A stretch of DNA of 64,000 nucleotides from Solirubrobacterales bacterium (GTDB lineage: Bacteria > Actinomycetota > Thermoleophilia > Solirubrobacterales > JACPNS01), in assembly GCA_016185345.1 (NCBI GenBank), contig JACPNS010000005.1, positions 34,117 through 98,116 of the forward strand. The letters run 5' to 3'. The translations under genes and the position numbers were made by a program. Below, piece after piece: positions 1-13,031 of the stretch. Positions within the stretch are counted from its first letter, which is position 1. Every line of letters starts with the position of its first letter. Below the pieces are notes generated by a model that worked only from the letters and a program-made list of their open reading frames with translations, was not told the DNA's origin and searched no databases.

Positions 1-57
1 ACGAGCAGTGGACCGACGTGCGGCCGCAAGAGATTCTTGATGCGTTCGAACATCGCC

Positions 58-891
58 CTACGCGGGTGATTCGACGCCGGCGAGGAAGTTCGCCGTCATG
101 TCGATCACGTCCGGGCGGTCCACCCACGGCCAATGGCCGGCGTCGGGAAGCAACTCCAGCCGAGCGTTGGGCAGTGTCTCCGAATAGAGCGCGCCGAAGC
201 CGGTGGGAATGTACGGATCCTGCTCGCCCCAGATCACAAGCGTTGGCGCGGTGAGCTGGCCGAAGCGCTCGCCGGCCTCTTCAAGGACCTTCGAGCCACC
301 CGATCGGTAGAGCTTGAGGATCGCTCGCTGGGTGCCCTGGTCGAAGTGTTCCCAGATCGACTCGATCATCTCGTCGGGCAGCGGTTGGCGATTGGGCCGC
401 GCTTCCTTCGTGAGGAACTTGGCGATCGACTTCGTGGTCAACCCCATAGCCAGTTCGCCGATCAGCGGCGTCCGCCAGGCACGAGCAAGCCGATGCCATT
501 TGTATCCGGGCAACAACGGCACCGCGTTGATGATCACCACTCGGTTGACGCGCTCGTGAAGCTCCTGTGCCGTGACCAGCGCGAGCCCGCCCCAGTCCTC
601 GACCACGAGGTTGAAGCGATCCCAACCGAGCTTGGCAATGAAGGCTTGAAGCAAAGCGTTGTAAGAGCCGATCGAACCGTCGAAGTGCATTGGCTTGTCG
701 CTGCGGCCGAAGCCAGGCAGGTCAAGCGCGACTCCACCGGTCCTCTCAAGGAACGGCGTCCACCCATCGCAGTTGGTCGGAACACCGTGCACATAGAGCG
801 TCGGGGCGCCGTCGCCCGCAGCAGCGGCTTCGCGCCAGAAGATTTCGAGGCCAGCGATCTTCTCGTGGCGTTCGTCAAGGGTCAGCGTCAT
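58..891 (-). CDS. alpha/beta-fold hydrolase (haloalkane-dehalogenase-like)
   Basis: 277-aa ORF with 'YVHGVPT' near the N-terminus, a 'VVEDWGG' nucleophile elbow with Asp, and 'DAGHWPW' in the C-terminal catalytic His region. Confidence 0.8.
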   Translation of the reverse strand: MTLTLDERHEKIAGLEIFWREAAAAGDGAPTLYVHGVPTNCDGWTPFLERTGGVALDLPGFGRSDKPMHFDGSIGSYNALLQAFIAKLGWDRFNLVVEDWGGLALVTAQELHERVNRVVIINAVPLLPGYKWHRLARAWRTPLIGELAMGLTTKSIAKFLTKEARPNRQPLPDEMIESIWEHFDQGTQRAILKLYRSGGSKVLEEAGERFGQLTAPTLVIWGEQDPYIPTGFGALYSETLPNARLELLPDAGHWPWVDRPDVIDMTANFLAGVESPA

Positions 892-938
892 TCGGGAAGA
901 CAGGCTAGATCAGCAGCCTCCCGATAGCGTCAGCACTC

Positions 939-1679
939 GTGTCCAAGCCGCTCCAACTGCCGCACGGGAATCGCCTGAATGCGATTCGCCTGAAGCTGCG
1001 CGATCACTACGGCCCGGCCGTCAACAAGCCCCACCACGATCCCGTCGGCGAGCTTGTTCTGACGCTGCTCAGCCAGAACACGAACGACCGCAATCGCGAT
1101 GTCGCCTACACGCGAGTTGAAGAGCGGTGGGACACGTGGGAAGCCGTGCGGGCCGCTCCGGTTGAAGAGATCGAGGCGGCGATCGCCCCCGGCGGAATCA
1201 GCGTCGTCAAGTCAAAGCGGATGAAGCAGATTCTCGATCGCCTTGCAACCGACCCGTTGCCCGATGGCGCAGATCCAGAAGGAAAGTGGACCCGCTCACG
1301 CGAGATCGACCTCGACTGGATGCTGCACACGCCGCTCGAGGTCTCGCGGGACTACCTCTGCACGTTGCCCGGCGTGGCTCGAAAGACTGCCGCCTGCGTC
1401 TTGCTCTTTGCCTACGGCCTGCCCGACATCCCAGTTGACACTCATGTCAGCCGGGTCGGCACGCGGCTTGGGCTCTTCCGCGAAAAGGCTGGCTTTGAGG
1501 AAATGCACGACGCGATCGTCGCCTGGACTCCGCCGGGGCTCGCACACGAAGAGCACATCAACCTCCTGCGCCACGGCCGGAGGATCTGCCACAAGCGGGC
1601 GCCGGATTGCCCGGCGTGCCCGCTTGAGACGATCTGCCCGAAGGTCGGCGTGACTACTTCATCTTGTTCAGGTTCTTGA
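939..1679 (+). CDS. nth: endonuclease III-type HhH-GPD DNA glycosylase with 4Fe-4S loop
   Basis: GTG start. Contains the 'LPGVARKTA' helix-hairpin-helix with Lys, 'VDTHV', and C-terminal C-x6-C-x2-C-x5-C ('CHKRAPDCPACPLETIC'). Confidence 0.75.
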   Translation: MSKPLQLPHGNRLNAIRLKLRDHYGPAVNKPHHDPVGELVLTLLSQNTNDRNRDVAYTRVEERWDTWEAVRAAPVEEIEAAIAPGGISVVKSKRMKQILDRLATDPLPDGADPEGKWTRSREIDLDWMLHTPLEVSRDYLCTLPGVARKTAACVLLFAYGLPDIPVDTHVSRVGTRLGLFREKAGFEEMHDAIVAWTPPGLAHEEHINLLRHGRRICHKRAPDCPACPLETICPKVGVTTSSCSGS

Positions 1680-1689
1680 GCCCGTAGCA

Positions 1690-1740
1690 GATCTATAACA
1701 CTGACACGTAGATTTTATACGTCCAGCGCCTATAATGCTC
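1690..1740 (+). promoter_or_regulatory. AT-rich candidate promoter region upstream of dnaK
   Basis: Locally AT-rich in a high-GC background. TATAAT hexamer at 1731-1736, about 60 nt before the dnaK ATG. No convincing -35 element. Confidence 0.3.
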
Positions 1741-1799
1741 CCAACTACTTGTAAATCCCCACCCCCAAGTCGTGGGCAAAAACTGGAGCAGTACAGAAC

Positions 1800-3698
<1,899 letters not shown>

Positions 3699-3748
3699 AA
3701 GGTCGCAAATTCCGGCACTTTTCGCTCGCTAAGTGACAGGCACCACAT

Positions 3749-4408
3749 ATGACCGACTCAAATGACATAATCCGCGATGGAACCGACGGCTCTGGGGAAG
3801 TACCCGCAGGACGCGGGAACCCTCTTGGCCGCACCACATCAGACGCCGCGGAAGCCGAGACCGCTGCGTCACCGGGATCAACACCGTCTGGCTCTTCGGA
3901 GCCAGACGGTTTCCCTACTTCCGAGGCTGAAGACGCCGAGATCGTCGAGGAAGAACTCGATGAACTCGCTCAGGCCGTGCTCGAACGTGACGAGTTCAAA
4001 GACCTGGCGCTTCGCGCCAAAGCCGACTTCGAGAACTACCGCAAGCGGGCCGACAAGCGCGTCGCCGAGACACGTGGCGTTGCGGTTGCCGGCGTGATCC
4101 GCGAGCTGCTTCCGGTGGTTGACAACCTCGACCGTGCGGTCGAGGCCGCTGGCGCAGTCGCCGATGGCGATGCATTCGCGGAAGGCGTGCGACTCGTCCA
4201 CGCGGACCTCCACTCAGTACTCGATCGACTCGGGCTGACCCAGCAAGACCCGACGGGCCAGCAGTTCGACCCGAACTTTCATCAGGCCATCTCCCAGGCA
4301 CCCGCAACCGACACTCTGCCCGCGGGCACGATCGTCGAGACAGTCCAGAAGGGTTTCCTCCTGGGCGAGGTCGTGGTTCGCCCGGCCAGCGTCGTGGTGG
4401 CGGCGTAA
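3749..4408 (+). CDS. grpE: nucleotide exchange factor GrpE
   Basis: 219 aa. Lies between dnaK and dnaJ. Contains 'RAKADFENYRKR' and a GrpE-type C-terminal beta domain. Confidence 0.9.
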   Translation: MTDSNDIIRDGTDGSGEVPAGRGNPLGRTTSDAAEAETAASPGSTPSGSSEPDGFPTSEAEDAEIVEEELDELAQAVLERDEFKDLALRAKADFENYRKRADKRVAETRGVAVAGVIRELLPVVDNLDRAVEAAGAVADGDAFAEGVRLVHADLHSVLDRLGLTQQDPTGQQFDPNFHQAISQAPATDTLPAGTIVETVQKGFLLGEVVVRPASVVVAA

Positions 4409-4417
4409 GGCCGGCAG

Positions 4418-5524
4418 ATGCCAGTTACTGATCCATACAAAGTGCTCGGCGTTGCCAAGAACGCCAGCGAGGGCGAGATCAAGAAGGCCTATCGCACGCT
4501 TGCGCGCAAGTGGCACCCGGATCAGAACACCGACAACGCGAAGGCCGAGGAGAAGTTCAAGGAAGTCCAGGAGGCGTATGACGTCGTCGGCGACCCGAAG
4601 AAGCGCAAAGAATTCGACCGCGGCGGATTCAACATTCCGTTCACCGGCCAGAGCGCGCCGAACCCGTTCGGCGGGGGTGGCGTCAAGTTCGAGAACATCG
4701 GCGACCTCTTCGGAGGGGTGAGCGGCATGTTCGGCGGTCGTGGTGGCGGTCGCCAGCGCGTCGAGCGCGGCCGCGACCTCGAGGCCAACGTCGCAATCGG
4801 ATTCGACCAGTCGATCAACGGCACCGAGGTCTCAGTGTCGGTTCCGCGGCGCGAGACGTGCGACAGCTGTCACGGCACCGGCGCAGCTCCGGGCACCAGC
4901 CCGAAGACCTGTCCGCGCTGTAAGGGCGCTGGCGTCGAATCCGTCGGCCAAGGCATGTTCTCGATGAGCCAGCCGTGCTCGCAGTGCCATGGCAAGGGCT
5001 CGATCGTTGAGACGCCCTGCCCCATCTGCCGCGGCGAAGGGACGGTCGTCAAAACACGCAAGTACCGCGTGAAGATTCCAGCCGGGGTTCGCAACGGCGC
5101 ACGCATTCGCGTGGCGGGCAAGGGCGAGAGCGGCGAGAACGGCGGCGCACCTGGAGACCTCTTCGTGGTCGTGAACGTGAGCGACTCGCCGATCTTCACG
5201 CGCAAGGGCGACCACCTCGAGGTCAGCGTGCCCGTCACCGTGACCGAGGCGATCCGTGGCGCGACGATCGAAGTCCCGACGCTCTCAGGGATCAAGCAGA
5301 TCAAGGTCCCGGCAGGAACAAAGCCCGGCACTGTGATTCGCCTGAAGGGCGAAGGACCCGCGCACGCCAAGGGCTCGGGAAACGGTGACCTGCGTTACCG
5401 GATCGAGGTCCAGATCCCCAACGCGAACGAGCTTTCGAAGGAACAACAGGACGCAGTGGACGACCTCGCCACGGTGATCACCAACAACCCTCGCGAGGAA
5501 CTGCTCGCACGGGCGAGGCGGTGA
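4418..5524 (+). CDS. dnaJ: co-chaperone DnaJ
   Basis: J-domain with 'HPD', a G/F-rich linker, and four CxxCxGxG zinc-finger repeats. Confidence 0.95.
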   Translation: MPVTDPYKVLGVAKNASEGEIKKAYRTLARKWHPDQNTDNAKAEEKFKEVQEAYDVVGDPKKRKEFDRGGFNIPFTGQSAPNPFGGGGVKFENIGDLFGGVSGMFGGRGGGRQRVERGRDLEANVAIGFDQSINGTEVSVSVPRRETCDSCHGTGAAPGTSPKTCPRCKGAGVESVGQGMFSMSQPCSQCHGKGSIVETPCPICRGEGTVVKTRKYRVKIPAGVRNGARIRVAGKGESGENGGAPGDLFVVVNVSDSPIFTRKGDHLEVSVPVTVTEAIRGATIEVPTLSGIKQIKVPAGTKPGTVIRLKGEGPAHAKGSGNGDLRYRIEVQIPNANELSKEQQDAVDDLATVITNNPREELLARARR

Positions 5525-5529
5525 GCTGA

Positions 5530-5949
5530 GTGGGTGAACAAAGCCAAGGGCTCTACATGATCTCGGTCGCCGCATCACTGGCGGGCGTCCACCCCCAGAC
5601 CCTGCGCATCTACGAAGAGCGCCGCCTGATCCAGCCAACGAGAACGCCCAAGGGCACGCGGCTCTACAGCGACGAGAACGTCGAGACGTTGCGCCGCATC
5701 CAGGAGCTGACAGACGAGGGCATGAACCTCGCCGGCGTCCAGCGGGTCTTCGAGCTGGAGGCGCAGCTGGCGCGCATGGCTCGCCGGATCCGATCGCTCG
5801 AAACGCAGCTTGAACAGACCCGCGCAGAGGCGATCGCAGAGATCAAACGCGTACGCCGCGAAGGTCGCGCCGAGCTCGTCCGCTACCAGGCCCCCCAGCC
5901 GGTGCGCATCCCTATCAAGAGAGAAGATTCAGAAGAGAAGGAGGCCTGA
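5530..5949 (+). CDS. hspR: MerR-family heat-shock repressor HspR
   Basis: 139 aa with an N-terminal MerR HTH ('[19 protein letters not shown]'). Sits after dnaJ as in actinobacterial dnaK operons. GTG start. Confidence 0.85.
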   Translation: MGEQSQGLYMISVAASLAGVHPQTLRIYEERRLIQPTRTPKGTRLYSDENVETLRRIQELTDEGMNLAGVQRVFELEAQLARMARRIRSLETQLEQTRAEAIAEIKRVRREGRAELVRYQAPQPVRIPIKREDSEEKEA

Positions 5950-5951
5950 AG

Positions 5952-8594
<2,643 letters not shown>

Positions 8595-8607
8595 GTAAGC
8601 GACATCT

Positions 8608-8645
8608 ACTCCATGCTCCCGTCTCGCAGACGAGAGCATGGAGTG
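8608..8645. repeat. REP-like palindromic hairpin, copy 1 (may also terminate clpB)
   Basis: ACTCCATGCTC-C-CGTCT-CGC-AGACG-A-GAGCATGGAGT. Near-perfect 16-bp stem with one C/A mismatch. Confidence 0.7.
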
Positions 8646-8726
8646 AATCGCCTTTACAGAGGCGTTCCAAAGTTGGTTCAGAGAAATTTGCTTTGGGTCT
8701 TGTAGTGCAACGCGCGTGTCGGTTGG

Positions 8727-9350
8727 ATGGCGCGTATGGCTTATCGCTACACGCGCGATCGGGAACTGCCGGGCGCCTATCACTCCTTTCTCAGGGGCCT
8801 GAACGGCATGACGATCTTCCGAGATGACGACGACCGACGGACTTTTGAGTGGATGATCCAACGGCACTTGTCGATCGTGCCGAACAAGGACCTGCGCGGA
8901 CGCGAGTACGTATCGCTGCGAAGCGAAGTTCGGCTTGTCGCTCGAAACGTGATGACCACGCACTTCCATCTGGTGCTCTGGCAGCGAGTCGCAGGCGGGA
9001 TTGACCGGTTGATGCGGCGGGTGCTCGCGGCGTACGTCCGCTATTTCCACCGGAAGTACGGAACGACTGGCCCTCTGTTCGCCGGCGAATACCGAGCCCG
9101 ACGCCTCGACGGCCCAAAGACGTTCATGTGGCGGGTCGGCTATGTGCACGACAACCACAAACGACTCGGTGTGGACTATGAGTTCTCGACTCACGGTCTC
9201 TACTTGAAGCCGGACGACGCACCAAGCTGGCTTGAGGTGGGACCGACACTGAAGATCTTCGGCGGACTCGACGGCTACCTCGACTACATGCGAAAACGCG
9301 CCGAACGCAACGCGTTGGACGAAGAGCTTCGAGTCGACTCCCCTTGGTGA
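8727..9350 (+). CDS. IS200/RayT-like HUH tyrosine transposase (Y1 family)
   Basis: 207 aa. HUH motif 'HFHLVLW' and a Tyr motif 'YVHDNHKRLGV', resembling the YIHxNPV(R/K)AGL motif of REP-associated tyrosine transposases. Confidence 0.7.
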   Translation: MARMAYRYTRDRELPGAYHSFLRGLNGMTIFRDDDDRRTFEWMIQRHLSIVPNKDLRGREYVSLRSEVRLVARNVMTTHFHLVLWQRVAGGIDRLMRRVLAAYVRYFHRKYGTTGPLFAGEYRARRLDGPKTFMWRVGYVHDNHKRLGVDYEFSTHGLYLKPDDAPSWLEVGPTLKIFGGLDGYLDYMRKRAERNALDEELRVDSPW

Positions 9351-9360
9351 AGGAGTATCC

Positions 9361-9396
9361 ACTCCATGGTCCCGTCGCCGAGACGAGAGCGTGGAG
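9361..9396. repeat. REP-like palindromic hairpin, copy 2
   Basis: ACTCCATGGTC-C-CGTC-GCC-GAGACG-A-GAGCGTGGAG. Same sequence family and same C/A asymmetry as copy 1, with a few substitutions. Confidence 0.65.
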
Positions 9397-9422
9397 CAAA
9401 ATCCGCTGTCGCTAGGCGATGC

Positions 9423-9460
9423 CAAAAAACGGCCCCCCGATCATCACGATCGAGGGGCCG
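9423..9460 (-). terminator. rho-independent terminator (minus strand)
   Basis: 13-bp stem CGGCCCCCCGATC / GATCGAGGGGCCG with one mismatch and a 5-nt loop. On the minus strand it is followed by a run of six T (the A6 run at 9424-9429). Confidence 0.75.
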
Positions 9461-9469
9461 AATCCAGCT

Positions 9470-9586
9470 TTAAAGGAAAGCGCTGCGCAGGCCGCCAGGA
9501 TCAACGACGGCTACGAGGGTTGCTAGTGAAGACAAGGCAAGCAGCACGCGAAACGTACGCAGGCCTAGTGCGGAGTTGTTCTCCAT
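9470..9586 (-). CDS. candidate 38-aa small membrane protein (below the ORF-track cutoff)
   Basis: Hand translation gives MENNSALGLRTFRVLLALSSLATLVAVVDPGGLRSAFL. GAAGGAG lies about 6 nt upstream of the ATG. One hydrophobic helix. The terminator follows immediately. Confidence 0.35.
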   Translation of the reverse strand: MENNSALGLRTFRVLLALSSLATLVAVVDPGGLRSAFL

Positions 9587-9746
9587 CACTGGCTCCTTCT
9601 ATGTGTGGGGCTCCGTTGCGGGCTTTTGCCGAGCCGCTGAACTCAATCCAATACTGAGCTCCGGATCCGAACCGACTGGGTTTGATCCTCCAGATCGCGT
9701 CTCACACTACCGAGATCTGAAGGATCCGTCCTTGACAATTTTGGGG

Positions 9747-11303
9747 CTACGGGTTGACGTAGACCTGCGTGAAGGAAGCGCCCGGCATTGTTGATGTGCC
9801 GATGTAGCTGCCCTTCAGCGTCACGGTCGCCGAACCCATGCTCTTCGTGATCGAGCGCTCCTTGAAGCGCGTGGTGCACTTGGTCGAGCCGCTCGGCTTG
9901 AGACGCTGCTTGAGCTTCTTGGTCACCGTCACGCCGTCCTGGACGATCGTGACCGTCAGCTGCGCATTGGTCCTGCACTGATCAGAGATCTTTCCTGCGC
10001 GCGGCGGCGAGGCCACGAACGTCGCCTGGAAGTTCGAGTGGCCCGCGACCTTGGTCAGGAGGACCGAGGCGTAACGCACTCCGCCGATCGGCTGCACCTT
10101 CACTGGGCTGGCGCTGCTGGTGTTGCCGCCGTTGCCGAGCTGGCCCTTGGTACCACGACCCCAGCAGTAGATCTCGTTGTTGTCGAGTCGCGCACAGGTG
10201 TGGTACCCGCCGGCGCTTATTTCACTGGCAGGTCGGCTCAGACCGATCACGCTGACCGGCTTGGACGAGGTCGTCGTATTTCCGTTGCCGAGCTGGCCGA
10301 ATTCGTTCGACCCCCAGCACTTGACTCCGCCGCCCGCAACAAGCGCGCAGGTGTGCGAAACGCCGGTGCTGACCTGACGGGCGTCGCCGCCAAGTCCGGC
10401 AACGTCAACCGCACCCTTGAAGGGCGCGACCGTGCCATCGCCGAGTTGGCCGTAGCTGTTGGCTCCCCAGCAGGAGACTGCGCCGCCCGAGTGGATGCCA
10501 CAGCTGTGATCGGCCATCGACGCGAGCTGCGTGATGTTGTTCGGGAGGCCCGGTACGTCAACCGGAACGCTGGAAGACGGAACCGCGTTTGTCGGCGTGC
10601 CGAGCTGGCGGAAGTTGTTCACGCCCCAGCATTTGACGTTGTTGTTGTCCATCAACGCACAGCTGTGATTCGCGCCAGAGACGACACGCGTGGCACGGGT
10701 TGCCTCGTTGGCCGCGGTGATTCCTGCGACCTGCGTCGCGGTGCTCGAATTGGCATTGGTGCCGTTTCCGAGCTGACCGAGGTTGTTGGCGCCTTGGCAC
10801 TTGACCGTGGAGTTGTTGTCACGGAAACAGAAGTGGCTGGCGCCGGTCGCCTGATTCGACGGCGTGAGCCACGGGGCGATCAGCGAAGCGGCACTTTGCG
10901 CGCTTCTGGCGAAGCCACCGTTGTTGGCCGCGCCAAGCGCACCGGAGCTGTTCTTGCCCCAGCAGCTGATACTGCCGGTCACGAGCAGTGAGCAGGCAGA
11001 GCTGTAGCCGTTGGACACGCCCACAGGCACGGCCTTGAGGCCCTTGACCGGATACGGACGTGTGCCGTAGCTGAACTTGGCGTTGCTGCCCTGGCCGAGC
11101 TGGGTCGAGCTGTTGGATCCCCAGCAGTAAAGACGTTGGTTGGAGTTGATCGCGCAGGTGCTGTAGACGCCTGCGGAAAGCTTGGGATTGGGAATGTCTG
11201 CCGACGAGCGCTGGGCGCTGATGGCGAAAAGTACGACGAATGCGGTTGCAATCACGGCGAAGCGGAGTGCGCGTGATTGAAAAGTCTGAGCTGCGAGCTG
11301 CAT
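9747..11303 (-). CDS. secreted RCC1-repeat (7-bladed beta-propeller type) protein
   Basis: 518 aa with an N-terminal signal-like hydrophobic segment. Seven repeats of the '[VIL].C[WQ]G.N..GQLG' type, followed by a ~110-aa non-repeat C-terminal domain. Confidence 0.8.
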   Translation of the reverse strand: MQLAAQTFQSRALRFAVIATAFVVLFAISAQRSSADIPNPKLSAGVYSTCAINSNQRLYCWGSNSSTQLGQGSNAKFSYGTRPYPVKGLKAVPVGVSNGYSSACSLLVTGSISCWGKNSSGALGAANNGGFARSAQSAASLIAPWLTPSNQATGASHFCFRDNNSTVKCQGANNLGQLGNGTNANSSTATQVAGITAANEATRATRVVSGANHSCALMDNNNVKCWGVNNFRQLGTPTNAVPSSSVPVDVPGLPNNITQLASMADHSCGIHSGGAVSCWGANSYGQLGDGTVAPFKGAVDVAGLGGDARQVSTGVSHTCALVAGGGVKCWGSNEFGQLGNGNTTTSSKPVSVIGLSRPASEISAGGYHTCARLDNNEIYCWGRGTKGQLGNGGNTSSASPVKVQPIGGVRYASVLLTKVAGHSNFQATFVASPPRAGKISDQCRTNAQLTVTIVQDGVTVTKKLKQRLKPSGSTKCTTRFKERSITKSMGSATVTLKGSYIGTSTMPGASFTQVYVNP

Positions 11304-11448
11304 CTGGATTGATACCCCCTCTTGGATCGGTCCAGATTGATTTCTGAGAACGTGTTCTGTCTAGGGAACCCTCGCAGGCTCCCTATGTTGCGCATACCCG
11401 CTTGCGCGATAGATTTCTCATACCAACCTTTGACTCTCGGGAGACGCG

Positions 11449-11730
11449 ATGCCGACCTACATCATGTACAGCAAGTTGACCACCGAAGGTGTGCGCACGA
11501 TCAAGGAGAATCCGAGGCGGATTCTCGAGGTCAACGATGAGGTCAAGCCGCTGGGCATTGAGGTCATCGCACAGTACGCATCACTCGGTCCGCACCACTT
11601 CATCAGCATCGTCACTGCGCCGAACGAGCAGGCAATTGCTCGCGCCGCGATCGAGCTCGGCTCACGTGGCACGGCGACCTACGAGATCGTTCCGGCGATC
11701 GAAGTCGAAAAGCTGATCGAGTCCTTCTGA
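11449..11730 (+). CDS. GYD-domain protein
   Basis: 93 aa. 'PTYIMYSKLTTEGVRTIKENP' and the overall size are typical of the GYD family. Confidence 0.6.
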   Translation: MPTYIMYSKLTTEGVRTIKENPRRILEVNDEVKPLGIEVIAQYASLGPHHFISIVTAPNEQAIARAAIELGSRGTATYEIVPAIEVEKLIESF

Positions 11731-11756
11731 GCCGAAGGCGAAGCGGAGACACTGCG

Positions 11757-13031
11757 ATGAAGGTTCTCGTCGTCGGTTCGGGCGGGCGCGAGCATGCGAT
11801 CGTTCGTGCTCTTGCGCGCACCTGGTCAGGCGATGAACCGCTTGAACTGCTCTGCGCGCCGGGTAACCCCGGCATCGAGGCCGACGCTCGCTGCGTTCCC
11901 AAAGTAGGCGGCGAAGATGTCCCGGCGCTGGTTGAACTAGCAGCCGCCGAAGCTGTCGACCTGGTCGTCGTAGGTCCAGAGGTTCCGCTTGTTGCTGGAT
12001 TGGTCGACGCGCTCGCCGCGAAGGGCATCAAGGCATTTGGCCCATCGGCAGCCGCCGCGCAACTCGAGGGATCGAAGATCTTCTGCAAGGAAGTACTCGT
12101 TGCCTCTGGCGTGCCAACGGCTGGCTACTCAGTTCTTCGCACGCGTGAAGAAGCCCTCGCGGCTGCTGCCGAGACCAGCTACCCCGCGGTCTTCAAGAGC
12201 GATGGCCTGGCCGCAGGCAAGGGCGTGATCATCTGCGCCGACGAGACCGAGGCAAAGGCCGCGATCGACGAGTACTTCACCGAGAAGCGCTTCGGCGAGA
12301 CCGACATCATCATCGAGGAGTTCCTCGATGGCGTCGAGATCTCACTGCTCGCGATCTGCGACGGCGAACGCGCCTATTCACTCGTGCCAGCGCGTGACTT
12401 CAAGCGCATCTTCGACGGTGACCAGGGGCCCAACACCGGCGGGATGGGCGCCTTCTCGCCGGTCCCGGAACTGCCGCTCACGCAGATCGACGAGATCTCT
12501 GCTCAGGTGCACCAACCGATCGTCGATGAGATGAAACGTCGTGGCGCCGCCTTCCATGGGATCCTCTACGCAGGATTGATGCTCACCGCGGATGGAGTGA
12601 AGGTGCTCGAATACAACACGCGCTTCGGCGATCCAGAGACCCAGGCGCTGCTTCCGCGCATCACCAGCGACCTCGCGGACCTGATGCTCGCGAGCATCGA
12701 GCCCGGCGGACTTGCCGGCAAGCAAATAAACTTCAGCGAGCAGCGTTCGGTCACTCTAACGCTGGCCTCGGCCGGTTACCCCGAGAGCTCGAGCAAGGGC
12801 GACGTGATCAAAGGGCTTGACGAGGTTTCTCCGGCCGTCGAGGTCACGCACGCGGGAACTGCGCGCAACGCCGACGGCGCGATCGTCACTGCCGGCGGCC
12901 GCGTGATCAACGTGACTGCCCTTGGCGATTCCGTTCCGCGAGCGCGGGAGGCCGCTTACGCGGGGGCGGCACTGATCGACTTTGTCGGCAAGCAGCAGCG
13001 CAGCGACATCGCCGCAGGGATCGACCTTTAG
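11757..13031 (+). CDS. purD: phosphoribosylamine-glycine ligase
   Basis: 424 aa. 'MKVLVVGSGGREHA' N-terminus and an ATP-grasp core. Confidence 0.95.
   Translation: MKVLVVGSGGREHAIVRALARTWSGDEPLELLCAPGNPGIEADARCVPKVGGEDVPALVELAAAEAVDLVVVGPEVPLVAGLVDALAAKGIKAFGPSAAAAQLEGSKIFCKEVLVASGVPTAGYSVLRTREEALAAAAETSYPAVFKSDGLAAGKGVIICADETEAKAAIDEYFTEKRFGETDIIIEEFLDGVEISLLAICDGERAYSLVPARDFKRIFDGDQGPNTGGMGAFSPVPELPLTQIDEISAQVHQPIVDEMKRRGAAFHGILYAGLMLTADGVKVLEYNTRFGDPETQALLPRITSDLADLMLASIEPGGLAGKQINFSEQRSVTLTLASAGYPESSSKGDVIKGLDEVSPAVEVTHAGTARNADGAIVTAGGRVINVTALGDSVPRAREAAYAGAALIDFVGKQQRSDIAAGIDL

Larger units (their letters stand above)
8608..9396 (+). mobile_element. REPtron-like unit: RayT/IS200-like HUH transposase gene flanked by two copies of one hairpin repeat
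   Basis: See the component features at 8608-8645, 8727-9350 and 9361-9396. Confidence 0.6.

Noticed and set aside
133-927. 264-aa plus-strand ORF overlapping the alpha/beta hydrolase gene, plus other ORFs nested in 58-927.
   Set aside because: It is antisense to a gene with clear family motifs. The product is Arg/Gly/Pro-rich and low-complexity, which is the typical high-GC shadow ORF.
1621-1799. Search for the HspR operator (HAIR, CTTGAGT-N7-ACTCAAG) or CIRCE upstream of dnaK.
   Set aside because: Only isolated CTTGAG half-sites were found (1623 and 1674), with no matching second arm. No TTAGCACTC-N9-GAGTGCTAA was found. No operator is called; the site may be divergent in this lineage.
10038-10991. 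317-aa plus-strand ORF inside the RCC1-repeat gene.
   Set aside because: Antisense shadow. It has no motifs and an Arg/Ala/Gly-rich composition, while the minus-strand frame carries seven clean RCC1 repeats.
11347-11358. AGAAC-GT-GTTCT dyad upstream of the RCC1 and GYD genes, resembling a LexA/Cheo box.
   Set aside because: The spacing is wrong: GAAC-N2-GTTC instead of GAAC-N4-GTTC. It was kept only as an unexplained short dyad.
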